A stretch of DNA of 64,000 bases, from assembly GCA_964346655.1 (NCBI GenBank), contig CAYFVP010000055.1, positions 5,028-69,027 of the forward strand, written 5' to 3'. The notes under the pieces are model-generated. The model had not been told where the DNA came from. It was given only the letters and a program-made list of their open reading frames with translations, and searched no databases. Both the position numbers and the translations under genes were made by a program. This stretch comes from an uncultured Thermoplasmatales archaeon (GTDB lineage Archaea; Thermoplasmatota; E2; DHVEG-1). Below are positions 29,834-40,235 of this stretch, in pieces. Every line of letters begins with the position of its first letter. Positions within the stretch are counted from its first letter, which is position 1.

Positions 29834-30472
29834 TTATCCTCTTACAAATGCATTAAATCTCTTTTCATCTCCTATGGTTGTGAGAGGTCCATGACCTGTA
29901 TAAACAATGGTATCATCAGGTAATGTGTAAAGGCGGGTTTTAATTGAATTAGCTAAATCTTCAAATGAACCTTTTCGAAAATCGGTTCTCCCGATACTTC
30001 CCTGAAAAAGGGTATCACCGCCAAACAACATTCGATTATAATGGAAACTTACTCCGCCAGGTGAATGTCCTGGTGTATGAATAACTGTGAGTTCATAATT
30101 ACCAACTTTAATCTTCTCTCCATCCTCAATATATCGATCTGGTTTGGGAGGTTGAGCAATTTCAATTCCCCAACGTCTAGCAGCATTTTCTCCATCTTCA
30201 ATAAAAAAGAAATCATCTTTATGTGCTAAAAACTCTGCTTTTAATTCTTTTTTAAGTGGAGCAACAGCCCCTACATGATCAAAATGACCATGTGTAGCAA
30301 GTATAAATTTAATTTCTATTCCAAGATTTTTTACCACTTTTAAAATAGTTTCTGCATCATCACCAGGATCAATTATTACTCCCTGGTTTGAATCCTCGTC
30401 CCATAAAATATAACAATTTGAAAATAAGGGACCAACAACGAGGGGTTCCACTTGTGGTTTAGAAGAGGTCAT
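29834..30472 (-). CDS. MBL-fold metallo-hydrolase (glyoxalase II-like)
   Basis: HGHFDHVG zinc motif; start placed at MTSSKPQ. Confidence 0.7.
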   Translation of the reverse strand: MTSSKPQVEPLVVGPLFSNCYILWDEDSNQGVIIDPGDDAETILKVVKNLGIEIKFILATHGHFDHVGAVAPLKKELKAEFLAHKDDFFFIEDGENAARRWGIEIAQPPKPDRYIEDGEKIKVGNYELTVIHTPGHSPGGVSFHYNRMLFGGDTLFQGSIGRTDFRKGSFEDLANSIKTRLYTLPDDTIVYTGHGPLTTIGDEKRFNAFVRG

Positions 30473-32972
30473 CGAGTTCATCACCTTCTCCATCACCTGC
30501 TGGCATTTTTCCAAATTGCTGGAGAAACTGTTGTATTAGCTCACTTTCTCGTTTGGTATACATAGGATCTGTTTCATACCAAAAATATCTTGCTTTAGTA
30601 TCTGAATTCAACTTTTCCTTAAGATCAGCTTGAATATTTTGTGTGCCTTTTATTACAATTATTACCTTGTTTTCATCTTTTAATTGATACACTCCTTCTT
30701 CAGCAGGAACCGCTAAAACATTTTCATTGTTGAGCTCCAGCCACTTATCAGGTGGAAATGTAACTGGACGTATATTCAAACGTAAATCACACCTTAAACA
30801 ACGTATTGATTCCTTTTTGGCTTGATCTTCATTGTAACAATTCTCCACTATTTCAAAATTATTTTTCCTTATATTTGGAGAAAGTTTTGGAGGATCTATT
30901 CTGTTCATATCTGCAAAACCTTCTAGAGGTCCAATATACGGATCTACCTTTATGGATGGAGCAAGTGTAGGATATATATTTCCATCTCCACCAAGGAACT
31001 TATCAATTGAAGTTGCTGCTGATGCTCCATCTGCAACAGCTTCTATTACTGAAGCTGGTCCCCTTACAACCTCACCACCTGCAAAAACACCAGGAAGATT
31101 TGTTTCCATATCTTTATTTACAGAAATCATCTCATTCTTACTATCAATTCCTTCTATCCATGAAAGATCTGAACTTTGACCAATGGCAAGTATTGCCTTA
31201 TCTGCTTCAATTATTTTAGTTACACAAGTGTTAAATTTTGGAGAAAATTTACCCTTCTCATCAAAAACAGAGGTGCATTTTATTAGCTCAATACCGGTGA
31301 TCTTTCCATTTTTGCTTAATATTTTATTTGGGCCCCAAGAAGGATGCATCACAACACCTTCATCCTTTGCATCTTTGATTTCCCAGTCATGTGCAGGCAT
31401 ATCTTTTTCACATTCTAGACAAGCAAGCTTGACATCACTGGCGCCCAAACGGATTGCGGTCCTTGCAACATCTATTGCAACATTGCCACCACCAATAACA
31501 ACCAACCGATCACTCATGGTTTTTACATTTTTCTTTTTTACATCTCTTAGAAAATCTAGGCCCCATTCTACTCCTTTCAGCTCTGAACCTTCAAGTGGGA
31601 TTTTCTTGCTAAGCCATGCTCCACTACCAATAAATATAGCATCAAAATCCTTACGAAGATCTGATAATTTTATCTTATTTCCAACTGAAGTATTGGTTTT
31701 AAACTCTACCTTTAAATCTTTTAACTTTCCAATTTCTTTATCAAGGACAGCTGGAGATAGACGGTAATCAGGAATTGCATATCTGAGCATACCACCAATA
31801 TTTCCTTCTGATTCAAAGATAGTTACACTATGACCTGATAAAGAAAGGTAATATGCAGCTGAAAGACCAGAGGGACCACTTCCAACAATAGCAACCTTTT
31901 TTCCAGTAGATTTTTTAGGTTTTAGTTTTAAAGAACCATTGTCATTATCTGTTGCAAACCATTTCAAAGCACATATGGACATTGGTTCATTTAGTTCCCC
32001 TCTACGACAAACATCCTCGCATGGATGAAAACAGACACGTCCTAGAATATCTGGGAAGGGTATCCTTTCTCTTATTACTGCTATTGCTTCAGAATAATTT
32101 CCCTTATTGATAAGATGTATATATCTAGGAATATCTACACCTGCAGGACAATTCGCAATGCAGGGAACAAGAACGTCTTCTCTTTCTTCACGAGGTAGGT
32201 CTTTGTCAGTTAAAGCTCCAGTTGGACAAACCTCAACACAATTACCACAGAACCTACAATCAGAATCATCATACATAGAACTCTTTGTAAGACCAACGAT
32301 TACCTTATCCTCATTAAAGACAAATCCCAAAGCATCAATACCCCTTAAATCACGGCAGGCCCTAACACATCTCAAGCAAGAAACACAGAAATTATAATCA
32401 CTTTCGAAAAGTGGTTCATTATTATGTTTTGGAAGGTTTTTAAAAATATATTTGGATAAATCCTGTCTAATACCAATGTATTGAGCAATCTTCTGTAACT
32501 CGCAGTAGCCAAGAAGTGGACAGCATCGCTCATCTTCTGGAACGTTAGTTGAACATTGAGTCCTTGAGCAACCATCCTGTTGGGCACATTGAAGACAAGC
32601 ATGTGGATGATCTCTTAATATCTCAGCAAGGTTGTCCCTACGTGCCTCTTTTACTATATCAGTTTCGGAGTTTACCTCCATTCCTTCTTCAGCAATAGTA
32701 TCACATGCGGTTACTAGATCTTCTCTACCCTTCATTTCAACAAGACATAACTGACAACCAGAAAACCCTTCTTTAGGACCTGAACCATCATTTCTATATT
32801 CACTGTTTTCTCTGAATATTTTTTCAACTGGTTTTTGACCATGTGAACTACCTAGACTAGGATGATAACATAATCTTGGGATATATATATCATTATCTTG
32901 AGCAGCCTCTAAAATTGTCATTCCTTCTTTACATTTGACACTATTACCATTAATATTTAATGTAATACTCAT
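30459..32972 (-). CDS. multi-domain FeS flavoprotein: N-terminal 2Fe-2S, then 4Fe-4S, then a GltD-like NAD(P)H/FAD module, then a C-terminal domain of unknown function (BzdV-like)
   Basis: MSITLNINGNSV...C...C 2Fe-2S N-terminus, multiple CxxC, VAIVGSGPSGLSAAYYL and VVIGGGNVAIDVA Rossmann motifs, acidic C-terminal tail. Confidence 0.6.
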   Translation of the reverse strand: MSITLNINGNSVKCKEGMTILEAAQDNDIYIPRLCYHPSLGSSHGQKPVEKIFRENSEYRNDGSGPKEGFSGCQLCLVEMKGREDLVTACDTIAEEGMEVNSETDIVKEARRDNLAEILRDHPHACLQCAQQDGCSRTQCSTNVPEDERCCPLLGYCELQKIAQYIGIRQDLSKYIFKNLPKHNNEPLFESDYNFCVSCLRCVRACRDLRGIDALGFVFNEDKVIVGLTKSSMYDDSDCRFCGNCVEVCPTGALTDKDLPREEREDVLVPCIANCPAGVDIPRYIHLINKGNYSEAIAVIRERIPFPDILGRVCFHPCEDVCRRGELNEPMSICALKWFATDNDNGSLKLKPKKSTGKKVAIVGSGPSGLSAAYYLSLSGHSVTIFESEGNIGGMLRYAIPDYRLSPAVLDKEIGKLKDLKVEFKTNTSVGNKIKLSDLRKDFDAIFIGSGAWLSKKIPLEGSELKGVEWGLDFLRDVKKKNVKTMSDRLVVIGGGNVAIDVARTAIRLGASDVKLACLECEKDMPAHDWEIKDAKDEGVVMHPSWGPNKILSKNGKITGIELIKCTSVFDEKGKFSPKFNTCVTKIIEADKAILAIGQSSDLSWIEGIDSKNEMISVNKDMETNLPGVFAGGEVVRGPASVIEAVADGASAATSIDKFLGGDGNIYPTLAPSIKVDPYIGPLEGFADMNRIDPPKLSPNIRKNNFEIVENCYNEDQAKKESIRCLRCDLRLNIRPVTFPPDKWLELNNENVLAVPAEEGVYQLKDENKVIIVIKGTQNIQADLKEKLNSDTKARYFWYETDPMYTKRESELIQQFLQQFGKMPAGDGEGDELDDLF

Positions 32973-33023
32973 GAAATTCCTCTTATTTTCAGGTAAAATG
33001 GGAAGAGATATTCCCAAATAGTC

Positions 33024-33311
33024 TCACCATGAATGCGAGATTGCGTCTTGTTTACATGCAGTTGTACAGGGTAAAGGTGGTCTGTTGGTCATTGGTTTAC
33101 AGGGAGCACAGGTATATTTAATCTTTTTTCGCTCTGCTTCAGTAACAAATGCTACTTCGTCATCAGAAAATGGGTCGTTTTCATCAGGTCCCACATCCAA
33201 AACACCATATGGACATGCGTTAATGCAATCCTTACAACCATTGCATTTATCTGTGTCTATTGCTATAAAATAATCCCCAGAACCATCCTTATATCCATAA
33301 TTTGCTATCAA
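33024..33311 (-). CDS. small 4Fe-4S ferredoxin
   Basis: CNGCKDCINACPYGV and a second cysteine cluster. Confidence 0.65.
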   Translation of the reverse strand: MIANYGYKDGSGDYFIAIDTDKCNGCKDCINACPYGVLDVGPDENDPFSDDEVAFVTEAERKKIKYTCAPCKPMTNRPPLPCTTACKQDAISHSW

Positions 33312-33326
33312 ATAAATTCCCCCAAG

Positions 33327-34238
33327 CTACTTTTTGCCTTTCTCCAGTAATGCCTTTGCAAAGAGAGCGGCACCTATTGCACCAGCGAGCTGTGTATCAT
33401 AATCTGTTTTCATTATAGGAATTCCAACTTCCTTTTCAAGTCTTACAACTACCCCCTTGTTTTTTGCAATTCCACCGGTTATGGCAAAATCTTCCTCAAT
33501 TCCTATTCTTTCAAGAAGTGTCATAATTCTATGAGCCATAGCAGAACAATAGGCAGCAAGGACTTTATTTTTAGGCCATCCCTCCCTTAGTAGACCAGTA
33601 GCCTCAGTTTTTGCATATACAACACAAGTGCTACTAACTGGTGGAGGTTCTTCCTTAACATCAAGTGAAAGATCTCCAACATCATTGATGGACACACCCA
33701 GAAGATCAGCAAACACCTCCATTCCACGACCTGTACCAGCAGCACATTTATCGTTCATAAGAAAATTTGTAACCTTTCCACGTTCGTCACAATGTATTGC
33801 TTTACAATCCTGCCCACCCATATCTAAAATTGTTCTAACTGTAGGTCCATACATAAAGTTACCGCCACGGGCATGACATGCAATCTCTGTTATTGCTCGT
33901 TGGCTAAAAGGAACATTTACACGGCCATAACCTGTTCCGACGGTATATTTTATATCCTCAAGTTTAAGTCCAGTATCTTCCATTGCCCAGTTTATCGCCT
34001 TCATTGCTGAATCAGGGCTGTCAGAGCCAGTTCTCATATTAGAATACGCATAAAGTTCACTATCTGCAAGAATAACTGCTTGTGAGCTAACAGAACCTAC
34101 ATCCACTCCAGAAGTAATCAGTTTGCCTTTCCAATCTAGATTAGGATTTGTCCAGCGGGATTCAGTCCATCTCCAAAATTCAAGTTTTTCAACCATTTTA
34201 CTTGCCTCCTTTCCAACCAGCTGCAGCAAGTGCTGCAC
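33327..34238 (-). CDS. benzoyl-CoA reductase BcrA/BcrD-type ATPase subunit (BadF/BadG/BcrA/BcrD family)
   Basis: GVDVGSVSSQAVIL, MGGQDCKAI, CAAGTGRGMEVFA. Confidence 0.7.
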   Translation of the reverse strand: MQHLLQLVGKEASKMVEKLEFWRWTESRWTNPNLDWKGKLITSGVDVGSVSSQAVILADSELYAYSNMRTGSDSPDSAMKAINWAMEDTGLKLEDIKYTVGTGYGRVNVPFSQRAITEIACHARGGNFMYGPTVRTILDMGGQDCKAIHCDERGKVTNFLMNDKCAAGTGRGMEVFADLLGVSINDVGDLSLDVKEEPPPVSSTCVVYAKTEATGLLREGWPKNKVLAAYCSAMAHRIMTLLERIGIEEDFAITGGIAKNKGVVVRLEKEVGIPIMKTDYDTQLAGAIGAALFAKALLEKGKK

Positions 34239-34977
34239 CTAATGCTCCAACATATTCAGGATCTTTTGGAACAACTACTTCAAGTCCAAGGTCTTTATTA
34301 AGCGAATCAACAAAACCTATATTTTTTGCAACACCTCCTGCAAGTAGCACATCTTTAGTAAAACCAATCTTTCTTATCATAGATGAAATCCTACTTGCCA
34401 TAGCATCATGAACCGCTTTTGCCATATTTGCTTTTGAAACCTTATTATGCACCATTGTTACAACTTCTGATTCTGCAAAAACAGTACACTGAGCATTCAT
34501 TGGAATATCCTCAGTCGCCTTTAAAGAGAGAGATCCAAGTTCTTCAAGATTGACTTCTAGTGCACGAGACATAGCTTCTGTAAATGCTCCTGCACCTGCT
34601 GCACATTTTTCATTTACCTCAAAATCTATTATTTTCCCAGTCTCATCACATCTCATACCTCTTCCTTCTTCAGCACCTACATCTATAACACTTCGAGTAG
34701 CTGGATGGAGAAATACACCACCAAGTGAATCACACCCTACAACAGATTTTGTTTCATCGTAAAAAGGAGCAAGTTTTTCACCTGTTCCAGTGGATATAGT
34801 CTTTTCAATGTCATCTTTTTTAATGCCTGCCTGTTTTAAAGCCTTTTCAACTGCTTCTTTTGCGCTTTTTTCCACTTCAAAACCTGCAAGAACATTTGTT
34901 TTTGCAAGAATTTTATTATCTTTCAAAATTACTACTTTAATATTTTTTGCACCTAAATCTATGCCCATAGTAATCAT
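34198..34977 (-). CDS. benzoyl-CoA reductase BcrD/BcrA-type ATPase subunit
   Basis: GIDLGAKNIKVVIL, CAAGAGAFTEAMS. Confidence 0.7.
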   Translation of the reverse strand: MITMGIDLGAKNIKVVILKDNKILAKTNVLAGFEVEKSAKEAVEKALKQAGIKKDDIEKTISTGTGEKLAPFYDETKSVVGCDSLGGVFLHPATRSVIDVGAEEGRGMRCDETGKIIDFEVNEKCAAGAGAFTEAMSRALEVNLEELGSLSLKATEDIPMNAQCTVFAESEVVTMVHNKVSKANMAKAVHDAMASRISSMIRKIGFTKDVLLAGGVAKNIGFVDSLNKDLGLEVVVPKDPEYVGALGAALAAAGWKGGK

Positions 34978-34991
34978 AATTATTTCCTCCG

Positions 34992-36332
34992 TTATTTCAC
35001 GCCAAGTGTCTCCATAAAAGCGTTAATCTTTGCCTTAGTTCGTGCTTCATCAAACTCCCTTTCATCTGCGTTGTTTCCTTCAAAAGCCATAACAGGAAAA
35101 CCTGCATTAAGAAGTGCAAGTCTATTTTCAGCTATGCCAACAGTTAATCCTTCACAACCTCTATTATAGTGAAGCATTACACCATTAAGTTTCCACTCTT
35201 TTGCAATCCTTATCATCATTTCACTTTTTAGGTGACATGAATAGAAATGCTGCCATTCAGGTTTATGTAATTCATATTTAACATATTCATAAAGAGCTTG
35301 ATCTCTACTTGAAAACTCTATATCTGGAATTGTTTTTGCACCCCAGGTTCCATCTTTTTTAACCTCCCATTGACCAATAAGTCCAAAAGTATAAAGTGAA
35401 CCAATTGAGATACATCCAAATTTTTCCAAATATCGAAATATACTTAAAAAACTCCATGGAGGTTGCGTATCTGACATAACTCTAACTCGTTCGTTGGGAA
35501 CTGCTGCAATACCTCTTTTGACTCTGTCTTTTACTTCTGGAAGAAGATCTTTTTCATAAAAATCTGCCACTTGTTTCCCTGATTTTTGTAGAGTTCCAAG
35601 GACATAGAGTGAGTAAATAGATTTTTCATCAAGTGGTGCAGGTATTGCCTTATTTAATACACAAATCTCTGCCCATTTTGAAGTTGATATAAAATGGTTT
35701 CTTATTGCTTTAAATAATAATTCATCATTGTAATTCCTGTGAGTTACCTTTTCTAAAAATTTAATTCCATCTTTCAACTGCTCTACTACATATTTTATTT
35801 TACTATCGGTAAGCTCGTTGGCAGGTCCAACAGCATTATCAACAGTAAACATAGGAATTCCACCTTCAAGGTCTGATACGACCTGATACCACTTTGCATG
35901 CGAACAACAGATATGATCCTGCCAAATAAAATCAGGTTTCGGAAATCCTAATGGTTTTGCCCCTTCAAATCTTGGGACAAACTCTCCATCCTTATACCCA
36001 AATGCAAATTTATCAGTAATAATAGAACCCCAATAATTCCGCATATAAGAACATAGATCCCGCGGATAACCCTTTACCTCTGTTGCTTCCATGCATTCCA
36101 ATGAAAGCTCCTTGTCAAATGCAATTGTAGCACTATAAGGTTCACTTGTGATAGGATAAACATCATCTCCCAATCCTGCTGGGATTGCATCAAATGTCCA
36201 GGCTCCACCTGCCCATCGTAATCCTCCTTTGTCCTGGGCTTCAGCATAGTCCTGATAGAATTTCATTCGAATATTTTTTGCTTTGTTCCAGCATTTTAAT
36301 TTCTCAGTTGGATATTTAGTCTCTAATTCCAT
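34992..36332 (-). CDS. bcrB: benzoyl-CoA reductase / 2-hydroxyacyl-CoA dehydratase BcrB/BadE-type subunit
   Basis: 446 aa; family-typical N-terminus and size. Confidence 0.7.
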   Translation of the reverse strand: MELETKYPTEKLKCWNKAKNIRMKFYQDYAEAQDKGGLRWAGGAWTFDAIPAGLGDDVYPITSEPYSATIAFDKELSLECMEATEVKGYPRDLCSYMRNYWGSIITDKFAFGYKDGEFVPRFEGAKPLGFPKPDFIWQDHICCSHAKWYQVVSDLEGGIPMFTVDNAVGPANELTDSKIKYVVEQLKDGIKFLEKVTHRNYNDELLFKAIRNHFISTSKWAEICVLNKAIPAPLDEKSIYSLYVLGTLQKSGKQVADFYEKDLLPEVKDRVKRGIAAVPNERVRVMSDTQPPWSFLSIFRYLEKFGCISIGSLYTFGLIGQWEVKKDGTWGAKTIPDIEFSSRDQALYEYVKYELHKPEWQHFYSCHLKSEMMIRIAKEWKLNGVMLHYNRGCEGLTVGIAENRLALLNAGFPVMAFEGNNADEREFDEARTKAKINAFMETLGVK

Positions 36333-36345
36333 CTATGTTCACCTC

Positions 36346-37479
36346 TTAAAATAAATCCTCCTCACCAATCATTTCAAGGAATGCTTCTACACGAATTTTG
36401 AACTGACCTATTGGAACAGTTACATCAAACTCTAAAAATAAAGTTGGTATTCCTGCATCTTCAAGCGCCTTTTTAATAGCGACAAAATCTAGCTCATGGG
36501 GATCGCAGAACTTCTGTTGCATAATTATTGCTCCATCAACCTTCCAATCTTTGCATAGGTTCAAAATATGGGGGATTCTCTTTCTTTCTTCCCAATCTTT
36601 AGAAGGGCATGGAATCCTATCAATATATCGTGCTGCAATAGATGCTAATTTATCTTTTCCGTTTTCTACTTCATTCCAAAAATATCTAGACCCTGTACAG
36701 TGGTCATCTATTACAAATGTTGCACCACAGTTTTCAACCATGTTCATAAAAACAGTATCATCATCCTCAGAACCAAGAATCATTAAACGACTTCCAACTT
36801 CGCGATTAGGTTTATATTTTTCAAGTTTGCTTATAAGATCCTTCAAGATTTTATTATGTTCTGCTTTGTCAGTCATCTGCATAGCTATTACAACTTCCAT
36901 TACCTCTTCACCTGTAATTGGGGGATTATCACGTTTCCTTAGATCATAGAGCTTTCTCATTAACCGTCGATTTTCATTGTAAACGTCTATTGCTTTTTCC
37001 AAATCCTTATCTGTGATTTTTTTACCTATCCAATCCTCAGTTTCTTTTTTAAAAATTCTATACTCTTCTGTTAAAAACTCATATGAATGTGGACTCTGAA
37101 CCTTATGCGGCATGCAGAGAAATTTTTCAAATTCAACTGGTCTATGTTTTATCCAACTGGTATAAGCTTGTCGAATATGAAGGCAGGATTGAGCTATCAT
37201 CAGGCCATCAAGATATTTGTATTTATTTTTAAGTCCCTGAGCAAGACAATCTCTGCAAAATGGACAAAACATACCAAAGATATGAGGTTCAGTTACATCC
37301 TGTGGTTCGTGACTACCTAGAATACGTACTGGTAAAACACCTGCAGCATACAATATTTCTTCAGGTACATATGTACAAAAATATCCTAAAACCTTACCAC
37401 CGGTTTTATTCTTCCATTCTTTAGCATAATCATGCCGATTCTTATCCCATTGCTTAAATTGCTCTATCAATTCTATCAT
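36346..37479 (-). CDS. bcrC: benzoyl-CoA reductase BcrC/BadD-type subunit
   Basis: 377 aa; HgdB/BcrC family. Confidence 0.7.
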   Translation of the reverse strand: MIELIEQFKQWDKNRHDYAKEWKNKTGGKVLGYFCTYVPEEILYAAGVLPVRILGSHEPQDVTEPHIFGMFCPFCRDCLAQGLKNKYKYLDGLMIAQSCLHIRQAYTSWIKHRPVEFEKFLCMPHKVQSPHSYEFLTEEYRIFKKETEDWIGKKITDKDLEKAIDVYNENRRLMRKLYDLRKRDNPPITGEEVMEVVIAMQMTDKAEHNKILKDLISKLEKYKPNREVGSRLMILGSEDDDTVFMNMVENCGATFVIDDHCTGSRYFWNEVENGKDKLASIAARYIDRIPCPSKDWEERKRIPHILNLCKDWKVDGAIIMQQKFCDPHELDFVAIKKALEDAGIPTLFLEFDVTVPIGQFKIRVEAFLEMIGEEDLF

Positions 37480-37499
37480 TCTCCCTTTTATTTTAATAA

Positions 37500-37949
37500 T
37501 TATTTATTTTTTAGTTTTAAATTAATGAAATTACTTTTTTCAAAACCAATTGATTTGAAGAAGGTAATCAAGTCTCCACTATCCCATTTCACTGTGGTAT
37601 ACACCTCTTTTATTCCTTCATTTACAAAGTATTTAATCAACGATTCTCCTAAGGTCTTACCAATACCTTCTCCCATAAATTTTGGATCAACTTCTATCAT
37701 CTCAATCCAACCAGAAAGATCTACTCCAAATCCCCATTCTTTAATACTTCCAATAATAAAACCTACAACTTTGTGTTCTTTTTCTGCAACAAAACATGTT
37801 TTTGGACTCTTTTTCATAAATGATTTAAATAAATCCTCAATTGCATAATCTGTAACTTGGCCTAATCCTTCTCTAATAACTTTTCGGTGAATATCAGCTG
37901 CCTGACTTATGTCATTTTTAACCATTGTTTTTATTGTTATTTCTGACAT
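37500..37949 (-). CDS. GNAT family N-acetyltransferase (ATG at 37949 with GAGGT SD; alternative TTG at 37964)
   Basis: acetyl-CoA binding GNAT fold; the predicted N-terminus from this ATG (MSEITIKTMVKND) is GNAT-like. Confidence 0.75.
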   Translation of the reverse strand: MSEITIKTMVKNDISQAADIHRKVIREGLGQVTDYAIEDLFKSFMKKSPKTCFVAEKEHKVVGFIIGSIKEWGFGVDLSGWIEMIEVDPKFMGEGIGKTLGESLIKYFVNEGIKEVYTTVKWDSGDLITFFKSIGFEKSNFINLKLKNK

Positions 37950-37960
37950 ATAAGCATACC

Positions 37961-38098
37961 TCAATCTACCCGAATAATTTTGACTTTCTTCTCAATCCAA
38001 TCAGGAGGAAGATAAATTCGACCACTATTTCCACACTTTTTTACTATTTTTTCAATCATTTCCTGACCATATACCTCAAACTTGGTTGAATTATCCAT
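37961..38098 (-). CDS. unannotated 45-aa AbrB/MazE/SpoVT-like swapped-hairpin DNA-binding protein
   Basis: KKCGNSGRIYLPPDW resembles the KxWGNSxAVRIP loop; GGGG SD at -9; stop lies 11 nt before the GNAT ATG. Confidence 0.4.
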   Translation of the reverse strand: MDNSTKFEVYGQEMIEKIVKKCGNSGRIYLPPDWIEKKVKIIRVD

Positions 38099-38108
38099 AA
38101 AAACCCCA

Positions 38109-38141
38109 TAGCTATATTATAGCTATATTATAACTATATTT
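38109..38141. repeat. three tandem 11-bp direct repeats TAGCTATATTA / TAGCTATATTA / TAACTATATTT
   Basis: read directly; sits -11 to -43 upstream of the small AbrB-like ORF in a divergent promoter region. Confidence 0.8.
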
Positions 38142-38318
38142 AAATTTTATCATAATATTGTTTTTTTACTAATATTTTTAATAAAAAATATAAAATTATT
38201 CAACTTAATAAATTTTTAAAATTTTCACACAAAAGTAAAATAATAGTGTAACATACTCATTTGAATCAGTTTTGCGGCCATAAAAATTCTAAAATTAAAT
38301 TGAATTGGAGGAGCAAAA

Positions 38319-39062
38319 ATGGAATTAGAAGGAAAAACAGCTATTGTTACAGGTGGAAGTATTGGAATTGGTGCAACTATAGCAATAGAACTTGCCCGTG
38401 AAGGAGCAAATATTGCCATTAATTATAGAAAACATGACGCAGAAGCAAAAGAAGTTGCAAAAGAAATTGAGAAGTTAGGTAAAAAATGTCTTGTTGTTAA
38501 AGCTGATGTAACAAGTTATTCCGATGCTGAAACAATGTTTAATAAAGTAAAAGAAAAATTTGGAGGAATAGATATTTTGGTTTGCAATGCAGGTATTAAC
38601 ATAGATCGAGTTATTTGGAAAATGAGTGAAAAAGATTGGGATAATGTAATAAATGTAAATCTCAAAGGATATTTTATTTATAATAAACTAGCAGCTGCTT
38701 ACTTTAAAGAACAAAGATCAGGTAAAATTGTAAACATTACATCTATCAATGGTCTTAGAGGAAAATTTGGTCAATGTAATTATTCTGCGTCAAAAGGAGG
38801 CATTATTTCACTTACCAAAGCTTTGGCAAAGGAAGTTGGTAAATTTAATGTCAATGTCAATGCTGTTGCTCCAGGTATGGTAATAACTGAAATGGCAAAA
38901 AACATACCACCTGAATTTCTCCAAAAAGCAATTGACGAAACTGTTTTAGGTCGGATTGCTACAACTAAAGATGTCGCAAATGTTGTAGTTTTTTTATGTA
39001 GTGAAAAATCAAGACATATAACAGGAACTGTTATACAGGTTGATGGAGGTCAATATATATAA
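38319..39062 (+). CDS. short-chain dehydrogenase/reductase (FabG / 3-hydroxyacyl-CoA dehydrogenase-like)
   Basis: TGGSIGIG, NAG, YxxxK (YSASK). Confidence 0.8.
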   Translation: MELEGKTAIVTGGSIGIGATIAIELAREGANIAINYRKHDAEAKEVAKEIEKLGKKCLVVKADVTSYSDAETMFNKVKEKFGGIDILVCNAGINIDRVIWKMSEKDWDNVINVNLKGYFIYNKLAAAYFKEQRSGKIVNITSINGLRGKFGQCNYSASKGGIISLTKALAKEVGKFNVNVNAVAPGMVITEMAKNIPPEFLQKAIDETVLGRIATTKDVANVVVFLCSEKSRHITGTVIQVDGGQYI

Positions 39063-39078
39063 AACGTAGGTGAAATAA

Positions 39079-40230
39079 GTGAAAGTAGGTATTGTTGGAA
39101 TTGGACATGGAAAATTTGGTAATCGAAGCGATTCAACTGTTCAGGAACTTGCATTTGAACCCTTTAAACAGGCAATTGAAGATGCCAAGAACCTCCGAAG
39201 AAAAGACATCGATGCATTAATCGTAGGTTCAGTTCCAGAGTACCACATGCAACGATCACTACCAGGTGTTGTTGCAGAGTATGTTGGAATGAATCCAAAA
39301 TCAACATGGCTTACTGAAGCAGCATGTGCCTCAGGTAGTGCTGCGATTAGAACTGCTTATATGTCCATTAAATCAGGAATGCATGATATCGTTGCTGTTA
39401 TCGGCGTTCAAAAGATGAGGGAACTATCAACTGAAGAAATCTTAGCATTAATGGGTAGAGTTGGAGATGTTCAATGGGAGTCAATTTTTGGAACTACATT
39501 TCCTGGTTACTATGCACTATATGCCAATAGACATATGCATGAATTTGGAACTACAAGAGAGCAAATGGCCCTTGTTGCAGTTAAAAATCATTATTATGGA
39601 TCAATGAATCCACATGCGTTTTTTCAAAAAGAAGTTACATTAGATCGTGTAATTGGTTCAGAAAATGTTGCTTATCCCGTAAGTGTCTTTGACTGTTGTG
39701 CTAACGCTGATGGCGCCGCATGTGTAATAATGACTAATGATAAATTAGCAAAAAAATTCAATGATACACCAATATGGTTTAATGGTCTTGGATCTTCCTC
39801 TGCTCAGATGTCACTTTTAAGGAGACCTAATCTTGTTGAAATTCCAAGTGCAGTAGAGGCTGCAAAACAAGCTTATAACCATGCAAAACTTAAGCCATCT
39901 GATATTCAGGTTGCTGATGTTCATGATTGTTTTACTATAGCAGAAATTATGGCATATGAAAACCTGGGATTCTGTCCAAAAGGCAAGGGTGGTAAGTTTA
40001 TAGAGGAAAAACAATCATATATCGGTGGTAAAACACCAGTCAATGTTGACGGGGGACTAAAGGCAAAGGGTCATCCAGTTGGTGCTACAGGTGTTTCAAT
40101 GACTGTGGAAATTGTAAAACAATTAAGAGGTGAAGCTGGAAAAAGACAGGTTCCTGGTGTAGAAATAGGACTTACACACAACGTTGGTGGTATAGGTCAA
40201 TATACCTTTGTGCAAATATTAGGGAGGTAA
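39079..40230 (+). CDS. archaeal-type thiolase (acetyl-CoA C-acyltransferase, SCP-x-like)
   Basis: thiolase fold with active-site Cys in AACASGSAA. Confidence 0.8.
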   Translation: MKVGIVGIGHGKFGNRSDSTVQELAFEPFKQAIEDAKNLRRKDIDALIVGSVPEYHMQRSLPGVVAEYVGMNPKSTWLTEAACASGSAAIRTAYMSIKSGMHDIVAVIGVQKMRELSTEEILALMGRVGDVQWESIFGTTFPGYYALYANRHMHEFGTTREQMALVAVKNHYYGSMNPHAFFQKEVTLDRVIGSENVAYPVSVFDCCANADGAACVIMTNDKLAKKFNDTPIWFNGLGSSSAQMSLLRRPNLVEIPSAVEAAKQAYNHAKLKPSDIQVADVHDCFTIAEIMAYENLGFCPKGKGGKFIEEKQSYIGGKTPVNVDGGLKAKGHPVGATGVSMTVEIVKQLRGEAGKRQVPGVEIGLTHNVGGIGQYTFVQILGR

Positions 40231-40235
40231 ATTAA

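Noticed and set aside
30640-30700. GVYQLKDENKVIIVIKGT segment in the C-terminus of the 852-aa oxidoreductase, superficially resembling a GIY-YIG nuclease motif
   Set aside because: Only the first element matches and the spacing and second motif are poor. A nuclease domain fused to an FeS flavoprotein is implausible without further support.
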